This document shows positions 25,701 to 39,060 of a stretch of DNA of 64,000 nt, piece by piece (positions within the stretch are counted from its first letter, which is position 1; each line of letters begins with the position of its first letter). The notes under the pieces were generated by a model that searched no databases, had not been told where the DNA came from, and was given only the letters and a program-made list of their open reading frames with translations. The translations under genes and the position numbers were made by a program. The stretch is from Phoronis australis (lineage: Eukaryota; Animalia; Phoronida): NCBI GenBank assembly GCA_002633005.1, contig NMRA01000020.1, positions 1,273,650 through 1,337,649 on the forward strand. The letters run 5' to 3'.

Positions 25701-27243
25701 ACAATATGGCATCAACTTATTTTTTCCTGAATTGTTTGAATAAAGGTGACAAAAGGTTAATGGAGGAAGGTAGTTTGCTCGCTATTAAATATTGTGTGAT
25801 GGGGTGCGAATCAGAATGGGTTGTCCCACCGCAACATCAGAATGTCCCAGTATATGACGCCCTGAAAGGTACGCGTTACCATATATTTTGTGCATTTCCA
25901 CATGATTTGCCCTTATTTCGTAATTCTATTTCACAGGTGAGACTAAAAAAATACCTTCAGCATGTTTTTTGGTACGGTGTTGCAGCAGAGCCCTTATGGT
26001 AGGGCTTAGATCTTTATATCCTTGGTATAAACATAGGTCTCATTTTTCGACTTTGGCCAGGCATAAATATCACCTCAGATTTGGAAGCCCGATACACCTC
26101 TACCTTAAAAAAGATGACTCCCCCTCCCCAATGTAAAGGGGATCCCTCCACTCTCCAGTTACCTACATTAGCGCTAAAAGCAGTATCAAACTTAACAAGG
26201 AAAGGCCCTGAAACTCTTACGTGGGGTTACTGGTTGTCTGGGGCTCTAAGCTAATGAAAATCTGACTACTGACAATAGTCTTTCATTGCCACAATACCAT
26301 AAAATTCCAAACATTGTCAAGCACGGCACCGTTGTTTTTGCTAGCACATTCGTCCGTGCACATGAGAGCAGAGGTAGAAGATGGCTGACTCAACAGTTCA
26401 CACAAATCCACATGTTGACATTATGTGCCATACTGCACTGCCCTCTCTTGTCTCTCATCCTTAACCACTTCAGGAGAAGTATTGGGGAATGCAAATTTAT
26501 GGATGCTGCAAAGAGAATAAATACAAATGCAGCAGCAACATGGTACAAGTTAGAGGCAATGTTCAGAAAGCTAATATGGATATTCACTGAAGAATAAGAC
26601 AACGCCCGTAAAAATAAATAAATTCAATAAGGTAAAAGGCATAGTTGTGATGAAACATCTATGTAATCTCATCATTTATCAGTAAGTACTTGTAAAGGAT
26701 TGTTGCAAACATTGAAGTAAGTTATATCTCTTCATTTACTTACTTATTCATTCTTGGTTTAATCATACATTAACAAGCAAAGGATATGGCTTCAAGTACA
26801 CATGGATTTACATTTAATAAGGATTGTTTCTCTTCATTAAGTCCTTAACTCTTCTAAGATGAGTGTGAAGATGATAACAATAATATTGAATATGATATTC
26901 TCCATTATTATTATTATCTGGCAGTGTTCGTATTGGTTGCAAAAATATTTTGTTTTTACAACTGAAAAATTAATTATTTTGCCAGATTGCAAGTAAGATT
27001 TTGATGTGTGTTCTTATTTCACACTTCATGAAAACAGAGGAAACAAGCTTACAGTTTAATATATGCCAAATATTTTCAGTTAGCAACTCACTCATAGCTT
27101 GTACAAATCTTGATAACAAGAGTCATAACATATTATCAGGCATGATATTGTTCTGAATATGAAGAGAATAAATCATTGAGTATGCATTACAGCATTATTC
27201 ATATATTACAAAACACAATCGTAAGTGATCAATAGATACTCAC

Positions 27244-27400
27244 GCTACCACAATGAATGACATCAGACAGACAAACGCCATGCTGAAGAACGTAAAGCCA
27301 TTGCAGAAGCCGACAGTCTTACTATAGACGAGATTCCACAAAAAACTACCACCAAAAGAGCAGATGCCCTCCACTGTAGCTATGAAGGAGAACAGTGACC
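27244..27400 (-). CDS. SLC46: SLC46/PCFT-family transporter paralogue A, coding exon 3
   Basis: Acceptor ttttatttccag, donor GC|gtgagt, 157 bp (same length as in paralogue B). Translation GSLFSFIATVEGICSFGGSFLWNLVYSKTVGFCNGFTFF covers the last TM helices. The terminal exon was not confidently located. Confidence 0.88.
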
Positions 27401-28708
27401 CTGGAAATAAAATGAGACATATTACAAAACTTGTAATACAGCAGTGAAAAAACAGACAGGTCGAATACTTAGTCCAGTGTCCAATATTTAGATGAGCACT
27501 GAAGTCTACCAGTGTTCCACACATGAATTGGAAAAACAAACAAAACTGAGAATTTAAGTACCAGAGGTGCACTTCATCAAATTTGTCCTCAGGGTTCTGT
27601 TATTGGACCAAACAAACAATTGTCTAAGACAGAAATTTGGGCCATATTAAACCATAGAGACATTTGGAAATAAGAGGTCCATGACCACACCAGTTATTAA
27701 CCTTGGAGCTGCTATCAATCCGTGTCTTATAGAATGAATTAACTTTTCATTTAGACCATGCATTTGCTACTATAAAATTGGTTTCCACTTGTTCCTCACT
27801 AAGCTGAGAAATGCTTAATTTGTGGTTTTGCGTAGAAGTGACAAGCTAACTTGCAAAGCATGGTCTCACGTAATAAGGAACAGTTGTTGCTTTCCAAATC
27901 CCATCTATTTTGATTAAGGAACAACTTGAGACCAATTTCATAGCTCGGTTGGTTTAAATCAAAACTTTTTGTGACAGAAGGCGGTATTACAGCCCCTTTA
28001 AAACAGACATGCAACATTCAGTTGTCACATATAACCATACCTGCAGCTATAACAGTCAGTCTATCACTGCGAATCTTGGAGTGGAGTTATGTCTAGCAAA
28101 TTTATCTTAACTTACACGGAAATTTAATAATTTTTACTACAATTTTAAGCAATGTCCCTCTTTCCTACATTCAGAAGACTAAGTAAAATTATGTAAAATT
28201 CATGTTTAAGTAACGTCCCATCTCTGAACTCACCATGGTCAAACACAGTGTGAGAGAACCAAATGAATGAAAGGCAGATGTACCTGTAGCTTTCTACAGA
28301 AGTTTCTGTTGTTACTAGAAGTCTACTGTACAGTTTAGAACTAAGCACTAGTTTCCAAGAAGCCGACTGTGAAGCATTAATTGATTTAAAAATCCCAGAA
28401 ATTTTGCAAGAATCTTTTTTACAGGAAACATGTTCACTAATCTATTGTGTACCAAGTAATCAAACAATCCCAACTGCTTAAAAATCTTTCTCAATAGCTA
28501 GGCAGGCTACATTCTGTTGTTACGAGAGTCACTAGATGTTATTTTGAACCAAGTATTCAATAGACATGTAACTCCATCACTACCAAAACAAGACAGCTTG
28601 AAAAACATAACATGTTACTCTGCAACTCAAAACATCAGCCTTTAAGCAATGCATCATATAACTGATCACTAGTACTCTAATTTAGATCACCAGATGGCAT
28701 GCACTTAC

Positions 28709-28792
28709 CTTGTTCACTGGCATTGACAATCTTTGACATAGCAGACCTCAAGACTGGTATGCACAAGAAATCGAATATGCCTGCACCAAGAG
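28709..28792 (-). CDS. SLC46: SLC46 paralogue A, coding exon 2 (not in ORF track)
   Basis: Acceptor ttttcccgtag, donor CAAG|gtaagt, 84 bp. Translation ALGAGIFDFLCIPVLRSAMSKIVNASEQG matches the SLC46 P..R..SK.V...EQG motif. Confidence 0.9.
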
Positions 28793-30023
28793 CTACGGGA
28801 AAACGTCACAAACTTCAATAACAAATGAAGAATATGTCCCTATGCTTGACTGCACGACCAAGTTTGCAAAGTGACATTACTAGATTCACCAAACATTAGA
28901 AAACATGACAACCCAAGATTTATTAAAATGTTATGTAACATGTAAAATAAAAAAGATCACTAGGGGATACAACATGAGGTTCATCTTCTAATTGCATTTT
29001 AAGTTCTGCAGATCAAACTCGAAACTTTTAAGTTCAAAGACTCGAGCGTGTATCATTCCAGTCCAACTGTCATGTGTTGTCAATTTGGCATATAGTTTAA
29101 AACAAGCAATCATATGGACAATTAGCATGTCGGTATCCATAAATTTTTATTCCATGTTACAATAAAGTTACCCTAATAGAAAGTCAAAGGTTGTGTATTA
29201 ATTTATTATACACAAGCTCTGGCTTTCTATTGAGGGTAACATTCCTGTGACATAGTACACATTATCCATTATACACTCAAGCAGAACTAGCATATCATAA
29301 GCGAGCCAGCTCTTAAAGTGAAAGATTGTCTCAGAATAAATTCATCAATTAGAACGTGTTATACTGAATGAATTCTTGAGACACGCCCACAGGAGTTGAC
29401 AATCTCGGCTCCTTCAATCCACTATCAACTGGTTGTTAGATTCTGAAGTTGGTCACAGTAATGAGCAGAAAGTTTTAAAGGTAATCAAATCAACTCCAGG
29501 AAGCGTCTCAAGAATTAATTAACACAAAGTGAGAGATGCTTTAAGTCTATTTCAAGGTATATTTCCATGTCAAGTCTTACACAAAGATAACGGTTTTGAG
29601 CAGTAAATAAAAAATAAAAAATAATCAGAGCCTTGTTCATCAGAAGAATTCTCTGCCGACACTAGGTACAATACTGGAAACAAATGAATTACATTAAAAA
29701 TTCATGGTCAATTTTCAAATTTCAATTGACTACCTGTCTACACACAATTTTCAGATTAACATGAAACTTTCTTCAAAATGCATGATAAAGTCTTAAAGCA
29801 GGGTGACTTATGAAAATCATATTACACCCAATTACACAAGATTATGAAGAAAAAAAAAACAGACTGAATTATTTGCCGGTACCGGCAGCAAAACCAGCCA
29901 ATCCTCAATAAATGGCTGTTGAGGTGTCTTCGGAAAATTCCTCACAATAGATGAAAGCTTAGGAGCTTGAAATCAGTGGGGGGCCTCAGCTCCCAAATCT
30001 GCCTTTTGCTTTATTGTCCTTAC

Positions 30024-31137
30024 CTGCATAAGCAAGCAGTGAAGTCTCCGAGAACCCAAACAAGATGTTGTGTGCCATGAATGAAATGGTAGCTATCAGG
30101 ATAATGGAGGAATCACTTAGTTTCAACACTTTCATAAACAACAATATACCAACAACAACTCCAATGGCTACAATTAAACTATTTACAGCACTGAAAATCC
30201 CAAGGTCAAAAGTAGTGAAACACAAAGGTGAGTTTATTAAAAAGTAGCTTCTCACAGACTGGCCAGAAAACACCACTAGGAAAAATAAGCATAACGCCAG
30301 CAACATCACAAAAAGTTTGATTGGACGACGCGATGACTTCTCAGCAAGGAATACATCGAGGCCTTTCTTTAGAATGTTGAGGACATCTATAGAGACATGT
30401 GACTGCCGCACAATTGTTTCCGGGACAAAGAACAGCGTGTACAAAAAGGCAAGAGCCAAAAGCGCCGCCATTAGAATGGTTGGCCACAAAAAGCCGAGGA
30501 ACGTTATCATGTAACCAAGACTGAAACTGGAGATAAAAGAACCGAGTTTAGTCAATACCTCCATCACTACGATTCGTCTTGACCTTGTTTCATGAGCTGT
30601 GCAGTCAGCAACATATGCAAACACAGCCATAAGGAATACAGTGACATAGCCACATGCCCCATTGAGGAAGGAGCCAATCAGGAGAAAATAGATATTCAAA
30701 TCGAAGTAAATTACTGGAATGTAAATTAGAGCTTGAATCAAGGTGCCAAACAGTGGTAACAAGATCCCAAGACGCCTCCCTCGCTTGTCTGTATATCCTC
30801 CAATATAGAGAGCCGACACAATAGCTGGTAACGAAGAAATGAGGGCAGAGTAGAGCGAAAACGTTGCAGCCTCAGTTTCGACCATTTGTTGTAAAATATA
30901 ATTCGGGTCGGATGTATTTTTGCTACATTTGGTTGTGTTATCATCGTTGCCAATTCCAGACTGTGTGTAGTTGTACTTATGTCCTATCTGCACAAAAACA
31001 AACTGGGTACTGATAGGCACTAGGCCAAATAAACCCAAGGAGTACAAAATGACCACAGGTTCCAAGACAAAAGACCACCTTGGTTTCCGGACAACTGCCA
31101 ATAAAGGCTGACTGGAATCATTTTCCACTGAAGCCAT
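30024..31137 (-). CDS. SLC46: SLC46 paralogue A (proton-coupled folate transporter-like MFS), coding exon 1
   Basis: LEP in TM1, glycosylated Cys-containing loop 1, GGYTDKRGRR, YVAD, VPET and SPLCF. Donor GCAG|gtaagg at 30024, so the ORF tail to 29986 is intronic. Acceptor tttggtttcag at 31180-31181. Confidence 0.93.
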
Positions 31138-32140
31138 CGTCTACTCTGTCTTGAAGGAATACCTGTCATCTGTGTGTCCCTGAAACCAAATATTAATGCA
31201 ATCAGAACAAAGAAAGGAACGTTTCATGACACCTCAAGTGTGAGGTTTTGCAATGTCTCAATGATTACTGACCCCAGTGAAGCTGTTCTAGACTTACTAA
31301 ACAACTTTCACTCTATCAATGAACAGGCCCTACACTGTGAAGTTTCCTAACATTAACCTCAACAACGGAAGACATCACCAAGTGTCAGACTAGGGGTCCT
31401 TGCAGAAATCTGTGTTAGCTGATGAAACGCAGCTATTAATTATCTAGCAGGGCCTGCGCAGCTTTAAAATTTCTTAGATGATAAGTACTTAACAATGTCG
31501 AGACCAAATTTGGTCTTCGTGGCCCTGCACGCTCAGTCACCCTCATGGTGCTGTAATGAAGCAATCAAAAGAGCCCCCTTTTTAACTATTGCCATATCCC
31601 TCCATAGGATGATGACTCTCGATCTAAACCTGCCCAACCTTTAAACGGTTGATTTTTGCAATTCAGACTCATGGAAATTTGTGTGGATTTGTGTTTGACA
31701 TAAGCAGCTTAAATCGGGCATTTCTGATAGAAACAATCATCCAAAGGGTTAATAGGGAGGACACTATTTTTTACCAAATCACTAGGCCTATCTGTCCGAC
31801 ACACTGTAAAACTCATAGGTAGCAATCAGAAAAAATCTCAAAAGTGCAAAAAATAAACAAAAATGGCTCCAAACTATGTAATAATATCTTGGTATATTTA
31901 TACTGAATGGTCTTTTTCTCTGTCGTCAATTAGGTCTAATACCATAGCATTTTAACACAGCTCTGAAAATCGCACATCGTTGTTGCGCACACAGCATTGA
32001 GACTTACATGTCTCCCAAAACAAGTTGACAGTTGAGTAAATTCTTTATTTCTCCTGTGAGTCTGCACCAATGTGACAAATGAGAGTAGTTTTGCTTGCTG
32101 TGTCAGCCATAGGTATAATAATCTCTTTTATGACCCATAA

Positions 32141-32590
32141 CAAGGTACCTAAACTACACGGTTAACGGACTTATAAACATGGTCACGGACGCATGAACAC
32201 GTCTCACGTACTTGCAAACACCGTTCACTGACTCACAAACACAGGAACGGACTAAAAAAACGGGATCCATTCACCCAAATATGCGAGACACGGACTCACA
32301 TTCACGAAGAAACACGGTTAACAGACCGCCAAACACGGGTCACGGACTCATCGGCTACCTGGGTCAACTGACATTTACATTTTGTCCGTAAACCGTGTTT
32401 GGCGGTCCGTTAACCATCTTTCTTCGTGAATGTGAGTCCGTATCCCGTGTATTTGGGTGAATGGATCGTGTTTTGTGAGTCCATTCCTGTGTTTGTGAGT
32501 CAGTGAACGGTGTTTGCAGGTACGTGAGTCGTGTTCATGCGTCCGTGACCGTGTTTATGAGTCCATTAACCGTGTAGATTAGGTACCTTG
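32141..32590. mobile_element. Foldback MITE, 450 bp, about 207-bp inverted arms, 5-bp TSD
   Basis: CATAA|CAAGGTACCTAAACTACACGGTTAA ... TTAACCGTGTAGATTAGGTACCTTG|CATAA. The arms are built of ACGGACTCA/AAACACGG sub-repeats. Confidence 0.9.
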
Positions 32591-33641
32591 CATAACGCAG
32601 TGACTGGAAAAAACCTTTTCAAATTATTGTAGATAAGCCAGTGGAGCAAGAGACCTCTGAAGTCACTGTCAAGTCCTCACCACAGTTCCATGTTATTACC
32701 CATTGATAACTTTTAGGAATTAAGACTGTAGCATGTGTAAGGTTTTAAGTGTTAGGCCTACTGTGGTGATGCACCACAATACCTGACCAGAAATATTGTA
32801 TCAGTTCAATTCAAACAAGAAGCGAACACTCATTTTGCCTCACAACATAACCTTCTGTTACATAGACACAGGATCTCTTGTTTTATGCAGACATTTCTTG
32901 TTCTTGTCACTCAAGAGTGGACTAACCTTGACCCTTAATCACATAAACTCAATAATTTTTATCCATCTTAAGAACAGTTTGTACAGCTAACTTTGCTCAA
33001 CTTAGCCTAACCTGTGATATAGTCATTCATATCATTTCGTGGCAACGCCACATTTATTAAGTACATTGCTTCAATCTGATGAAAAAGGAACAGCGCGTGT
33101 TGTAGCAAATCAGCGATAGATGGCGCTAGATATAGTAAGTTCCCTGTAATGGCTGCCGATTTCACGATGCGCGTGGCTAAAGTGGACCGAGTTCGGAATA
33201 GCGTACTTATACACTAGAGTAATTGAGGGTCGTGAAAAGGATTTGTACGGATATCCAGATGTCTGGGGAATGCAACGATACCAAAATCATTCATTTAGAC
33301 CAAAATTTAGTGGATTTATTTGGAATAAGTTAGGGTCCATTATCTCTGACTAGTAGACACCGCCAGGACTGGGTCGGCAGCTGGCACACTTGTGTGCACC
33401 CTGCTGGTCGTTAGTGCTATTTGAAGGTAACACATTATGGTCCCTAGCTTTATTTTGGCGCTAACCATCTGTAGGCCTACAACTAGCTGTGTTATCCGTA
33501 AGTTTCATCTCAGATTGTTGCTTGTTTGATCATTGCTTTGTAACTTACAGACTAGTTGAAGTTCTAGTTGTCTACACTGTTGTCTACACCTGATACGGAA
33601 TTGACTGTTCTGAATCCAGAAAACTCAAAGAAATGACTCAC

Positions 33642-33830
33642 CCTTTTTGTACTCTTATTTCCCTATCGCAACTTTTTGGATTAAAACATTCTCTTCCGTT
33701 TGAGCCTAAACAGACAACTAAACACTGTCAACTAAACACTGACAACTAAATCAGCAAAATATCCACGCAAACTACCGCCAACAGGTGGCGCTGCCCGTAC
33801 CGTTTACACACGTGATTTGTAATGACACAC
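33642..33830 (-). promoter_or_regulatory. Putative non-coding first exon and promoter of SLC46 paralogue A
   Basis: Strong donor AGG|gtgagt at 33642/33641. A CTCF-like CCAACAGGTGGCGCTG (33778-33793) and an E-box CACGTG (33809-33814) lie just upstream, and CpG density rises here. Confidence 0.4.
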
Positions 33831-33846
33831 CACAAATACGAGGGGC

Positions 33847-33872
33847 CATAGACGCCTTATACTATGTCTATG
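33847..33872. mobile_element. 26-bp CATAGAC hairpin micro-element with 8-bp TSD (1 mismatch)
   Basis: CGAGGGGC|CATAGACGCCTTATACTATGTCTATG|CGAGGAGC. Confidence 0.75.
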
Positions 33873-34081
33873 CGAGGAGCTTTGTTATTGCATAGCATAG
33901 GTATCATGCATGTGTATATTCGTTAGAGCACACCTGCGTATGTTTTAATAAAGTCTCAGGCGTCTAAACCGTTGTTGAGATGAAATTAATTAACATTGCG
34001 ATTGTGATGAACTCGGCTCGACTCGGTGCGGCCGAATGCTAGCTCAGTACAGGGCCAGCCACTGAGACCGACTTTGTGGGA

Positions 34082-34325
34082 AATGCGCGCACCCAGGGGG
34101 GCTCGCCCCCCATTTGACGAAGTGGGCAAAAAGGTCCCGGCCTCAGGGAAACAAAAACTCCGAAAAAGTAGAAAACGAGACAAAAGTCCACTAAAAAGGC
34201 AGGAACCTACCAAAATTCAGCACTAATTAACGCACAATTCATTTGCCGGTACCTCGTGAATCTTAATAAAAGTACACATTCTCAAAAATTCGAGCCCCCC
34301 GTTTTTTAGGCTGGGTGCGCGCATG
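34082..34325 (+). mobile_element. MITE with ATGCGCGCACCCAG TIRs (three copies in window)
   Basis: ATGCGCGCACCCAG ... CTGGGTGCGCGCATG. The body is shared with 44708-44957 and 19648-19775. Confidence 0.8.
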
Positions 34326-36695
34326 GAAGGGTGGTTTATTGAAAAGACGGTAGGTTTCAATACGCAATAGTTGTAACTCGTGATGTCAAGTAAAGAAAAG
34401 TGCAGAACTAAACAGCGCGGCAGCTTGCCTAGAACAGGAGTCGAAACTACCGGTATCTTCTTTACTGGTAAAATAAATGCTAGTGTCTGACGCAGACACT
34501 TAGGCCTACTTTATGAAAACAATAATGCTTTAAGTGAGCCCTTATCACCAACGTGACTGAGGGCGTAAGTTGTGCCTAAAATTAATATACTGTGCAAATT
34601 ACGTATGTAATTAACGACGTAAATTAATTATTCAAGAGGAAATTAACGTTTAACGGTGCAAGTATTCAAGAGGAAATTAAATTTTAATGGTGTAAATAAG
34701 TTTATGTCGCACATAATTAATTTCACGCCATTAAATGCCAATTTGCGCCCCAAATAATAAAGTTAAGTCATGAATCAATTGAGGCCTTAATGTGAATTAT
34801 CTTACGCACGTAATTTACGCGCGTAACGTCCAACCATTTGGCCAACATAGGAAGTTGCCCGATTTCGCCTCTCCGCGAAAACGTTGCAGAACCACTGCTG
34901 GACCGACTACTGCATAACCGCCGGGCCAAGCGCAAACCAGCAGACAAAGCTCCTCCGCGGATACTGCTGGGTGTGGTTCCATGGGCACTTTTCAATGGAG
35001 CAACTGTGCGGATGTATTTTATGGGCCCATATTTCTGTCAACCGTCTGGGCGTCCGGCTGCTTTATCTCCCAAAAATCTTGAAGTAGGCTTAGAGAAGCA
35101 TGGAACGCGAAAGCTCGTCAAAAATATCTTTTAAACAATTCCTCACGAAATTTCCATCTCGCAACGTCTGCTACAGAGTCGTTCAGTTTCCTCCGTAAGG
35201 AGAGAAAAAAATCACAACATTCACGAATTTGAAGTAAGCGTTAAGGAAAAACTCTGTAGTCACCACAGAGTTTCTAATCTCCCTCCCACTTATGATAAAT
35301 GTGCTCATGCGCTCACAGTCATTCGACAAACAGCTGACTGGCAAGTCTGGATATTAACGGCAGATTGTCATGTTTGCTCGCACTCCAAATCCGAGGTCGA
35401 CAGCTCAGTATGAGGCAAGCCAGTGAAGTAAGCGATTTCCCCAAAAGAATTGCAAGTGCATTATAGAATATATTTGAATATTGCTGTATACCTTTATAAC
35501 TAATTTTAAACAGCTAGGATTTACAGCAATTGTTTCTTAATGGGACTGATCGCTGCTTCAAGTCGCCATTGCTTTTTTACATCAAAGATCAAATGTAACA
35601 TTTTCATTATAAGGGAAATGGGCTTCGTCTATGTCTTGCCATTACAAATAAGGAGACGTGCTTTGCCTTGTGGGAGAAAAATCGACGAAGTGGCGACCCG
35701 TTGAAAGATCGTTATTATGAAATTTGAAACTAAAATAAAAATGCATTGACATTAACAGAAATTCAGACTTCTTACGAGCAAAGCGTAAAAATACCTGGGC
35801 CAGTTGCATAAAAGTTATACGCCGTATACCAACAATGACGCCGCATTATCACGCGTCACGGTGTTATTGTTGAACAATGCACCTGACGTCATGCAACAAT
35901 CAAACTTATCCAGCGGATAACTTTTGAAGCTTTATGCGACTCAGCCCAGGTGAACAAGTTGAATTCTGTCTCAGTGGCAGACAGCTACTTTTATTGATGT
36001 AATTTACTCTGTTTTTTGGGTTCCTGTCCTATTTAATGAGAATTTGGGATGTGTTCGTATGACGAGTTTCGGACCGTTTCGACAACATGGGTGCCTTATT
36101 GTGGCAATTTTATTTTTTATGCTTGCCTTTGTATCTTCGGATTATTCGTTGGATAACTAATTGAACAAATCCTTATTACCAAGAAAATACGAAATTTTTG
36201 CCTAAAACGTGGAAACCTGTGACAGACTTGGCCGCAAAGACTGTCAGTGTATGGTGACCTCAACGCAGTCAAGTCGCCCTTAGGAAAAAGTTCAAAGATT
36301 TTCGAAGAGTAAAAATCGTGCCAAGCGTTTGTAGACAATGAATGGGAACACACATCTTTGTGGAACTAGTAAAAGAAACTAGTCAAATTATCCGATTTTG
36401 TTTTCATAATAATGTCATAGTCACTTGCCATGGGTCGGCCACTCAGATGATCAAAAGTGACCTTCCCAAATGATTCCTCTGAGCAATATTTGCCTTTTGA
36501 ATAGCAAAACTTGGTTGGAGTTGATAAGAAAACAGACACAAACTTTGTTAACGCTGTTTAAATTAGTTAATATTTTGGACGCCTAGGTCCTGTCTTGGAA
36601 CTTGAAACGTGATATCCTGTGCAGCAGTAGCGGCCTGATCCGCGAAGCGCTCGTTATACCGAGCCATAGGGGACCCTGAAGATTTTTTACGTATT

Positions 36696-37416
36696 TGTAA
36701 TCTTGACAACTTTAAGGGTTTTTAGTATGCAAATTAAGGCCGCAATTATGCACTTTTTGTTCATAATTTCATTATCAAGCACATTGTAGGTTGACTATTG
36801 TGATGATTCACTATGTTTCTAAAATCAGTAAGTACATGTACACTGAGGCTAGTTTGCAAGTGGATTAATAGACCATCAATCATAATTTTGATTTTGAAGT
36901 CCACTTGTGCCCATAGGTGGGTCACCAAGCATCACGGATAAATTAAGTTAACATTTGCACCCACGTTTCTGTGGCCAATCAGTTAAATTAATTAAATGAG
37001 ACCAATTTCCATTCCATTCTGTTGTATGCCAAATTTGCATAATGGCCACCATTATTCAAAATCGTTGTGGTATTTTCACATGTTTTTGTGGTCAACGAAT
37101 CTAATGAGCTCAGTTTGCATGTTATTACATCATTTGCGTGCATAATAAAGGTCGACATAATTTATTTCGAATATTCCCAGTAACAGATACAATTAATTAC
37201 GGAGAATTCACGTGAATCAAATAATTTCATTTAATTACAAAGTGTCGTCGAATCATTAATTCACTCTAGTTTTTCTACAGAGGACACTGTTCAACTAATA
37301 ATTACTTAGCATCATATTATCAAGGGGTGGAAGACACTATCCACTTAAGCCCTACCGAACCCGTGGTACAAATCCCCAGATTCGTACCCCTGAACTCCAC
37401 ACAGGCACCGAAAATG
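36696..37416 (+). repeat. Dispersed repeat, uninterrupted copy
   Basis: Colinear with 56891-56935 plus 58249-59040, sharing TTGTAATCTTGACAAC, AGATACAATTAATTAC and GTACAAATCCCCAG...ACTCCACAC...ACCGAAAATG. Confidence 0.75.
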
Positions 37417-39060
37417 TTCCATACACGATAAGCACGATTATCCGAAAACGGTTGCCGTGGAAGCTAGTGGAAATAAAATCGTAACCTGGTTCTTTAAAAC
37501 TACATTAAACGTACACAATAGAGTAAATTAAATGAGACGCGATTTACACGTTCTTGTACACCAGTAATTCTTAATTGAAAAAGCAGATACGCATGGCTTC
37601 ATAAATGGTGAGCCGTAATTACCACCAGTACCAGCAAAATAATTTTAAAATCCAGTAAAGGTTTGTCATAACTGTGGGTATGCACATTCGTCACTGAGCA
37701 AGGCAAGGTCGTTAGCAGTCGATAAACCAATCCGTTACAAAGGTGTATTGGCTAGGTCGGTAGCACTAGTACATGCATAGAGTGGTCACAAGGTTTTGTG
37801 GACGGAATAGTGTGTTCTTGGATTAGTTGTTGGAGTAAATCTTGCATCCTTACCAGATATTGTTACAAAACACTACCATTTGTTTACATGTGTTACAATT
37901 GGATATGACATCTGCAAAAATTCCTGGTTGTTTTATTGTATATACAGTAGTAATACGTCATCTAAGTTTCTTTTAAAAACAGTCAAGTGGAAATTGTTCG
38001 ATGGCTAAAATTTGAGAAAAAGCATCAAATAACTTGGCATCTTCCTGAAATGATCATTTTGCCCTCTGCCGTTTCCAAATCCCACTGCCTTTCATTGCTC
38101 TTAGAGTTTAGCTACATAAAGTGCACTTTTTACAGAATTTGTAAATTGTAGAATACTGTTACCTTTTGATTTTAGTACTTTGTTTAGAACTCAGAATTTG
38201 GCAATTACGCTGTCTCTGAGCATAATTTCACGTTGTGGTTTAGAAGTATTTGCATATGCCTCTTATGTAAATAAAATCACTCGTTCACAAATTCGCAGTG
38301 TACTAGATTGAAAAAGTGACAATTTTGGGAAAGGGGCACACTCTATTTTAGTTCTATTGATCTTCACCTGTATTCTGTCATTTCTACGGTCAAACCCAGC
38401 TCAGTTTTAGCCAGTCAACACTTATAAATAAATTTGATAGTACATGGCTTGTCGACAGAACCTCAAGAAAAATAGCGACTGGACTTAGTCAGAAGAAAGA
38501 TTATGGCTTTAAATTTGAATAAGGGCCCATTGCCATTTACTCGGGATTGCTACATTTTTCTGTGTTCTAAGAAAATGCATTTTTCTTCCCCCTCATGATT
38601 TTTGAATAAACACGGACTTGACGCTCTATGTTTAATGCGAAAAGGCTTATATAAAATAAGGGCATGGGCATCTTTGACAAAATTCACGAGGAGTTAAACT
38701 TGCCAGTGCAAATATTGACCAAGTTAAAGAAATATTCACACCAATCAAAAGTGGCTTAACCGGACGAAGGTATACAGGAATTAGCTCTTTGTATAATTAT
38801 GACCTTGCTTTTCATTGGCTAGTGTACACATATGTTGATCAATGATAGTGAAGAGTACTTAATGACATTAGATGGCCTATTTAGCTACCACGTATGTTCG
38901 CACCCAGGTAATGAAGAGTAGTCCCAACTTAACATTTAAAACTTTGCTATTTCTCAATCGTTGTGTTGGCAAGTTCTCAAACAGTGATCGGTCACAATTT
39001 TAGATAATTGTAACGTGTGGTTTGTTTCTAACATGACTTTGGCTTCAACACGTTTTGTCA

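Noticed and set aside
27090-27152. Candidate terminal exon of SLC46-A (ATISCLIICYDSCYQDLYKL*)
   Set aside because: Several alternative acceptors are equally plausible and none resembles the B terminal exon.
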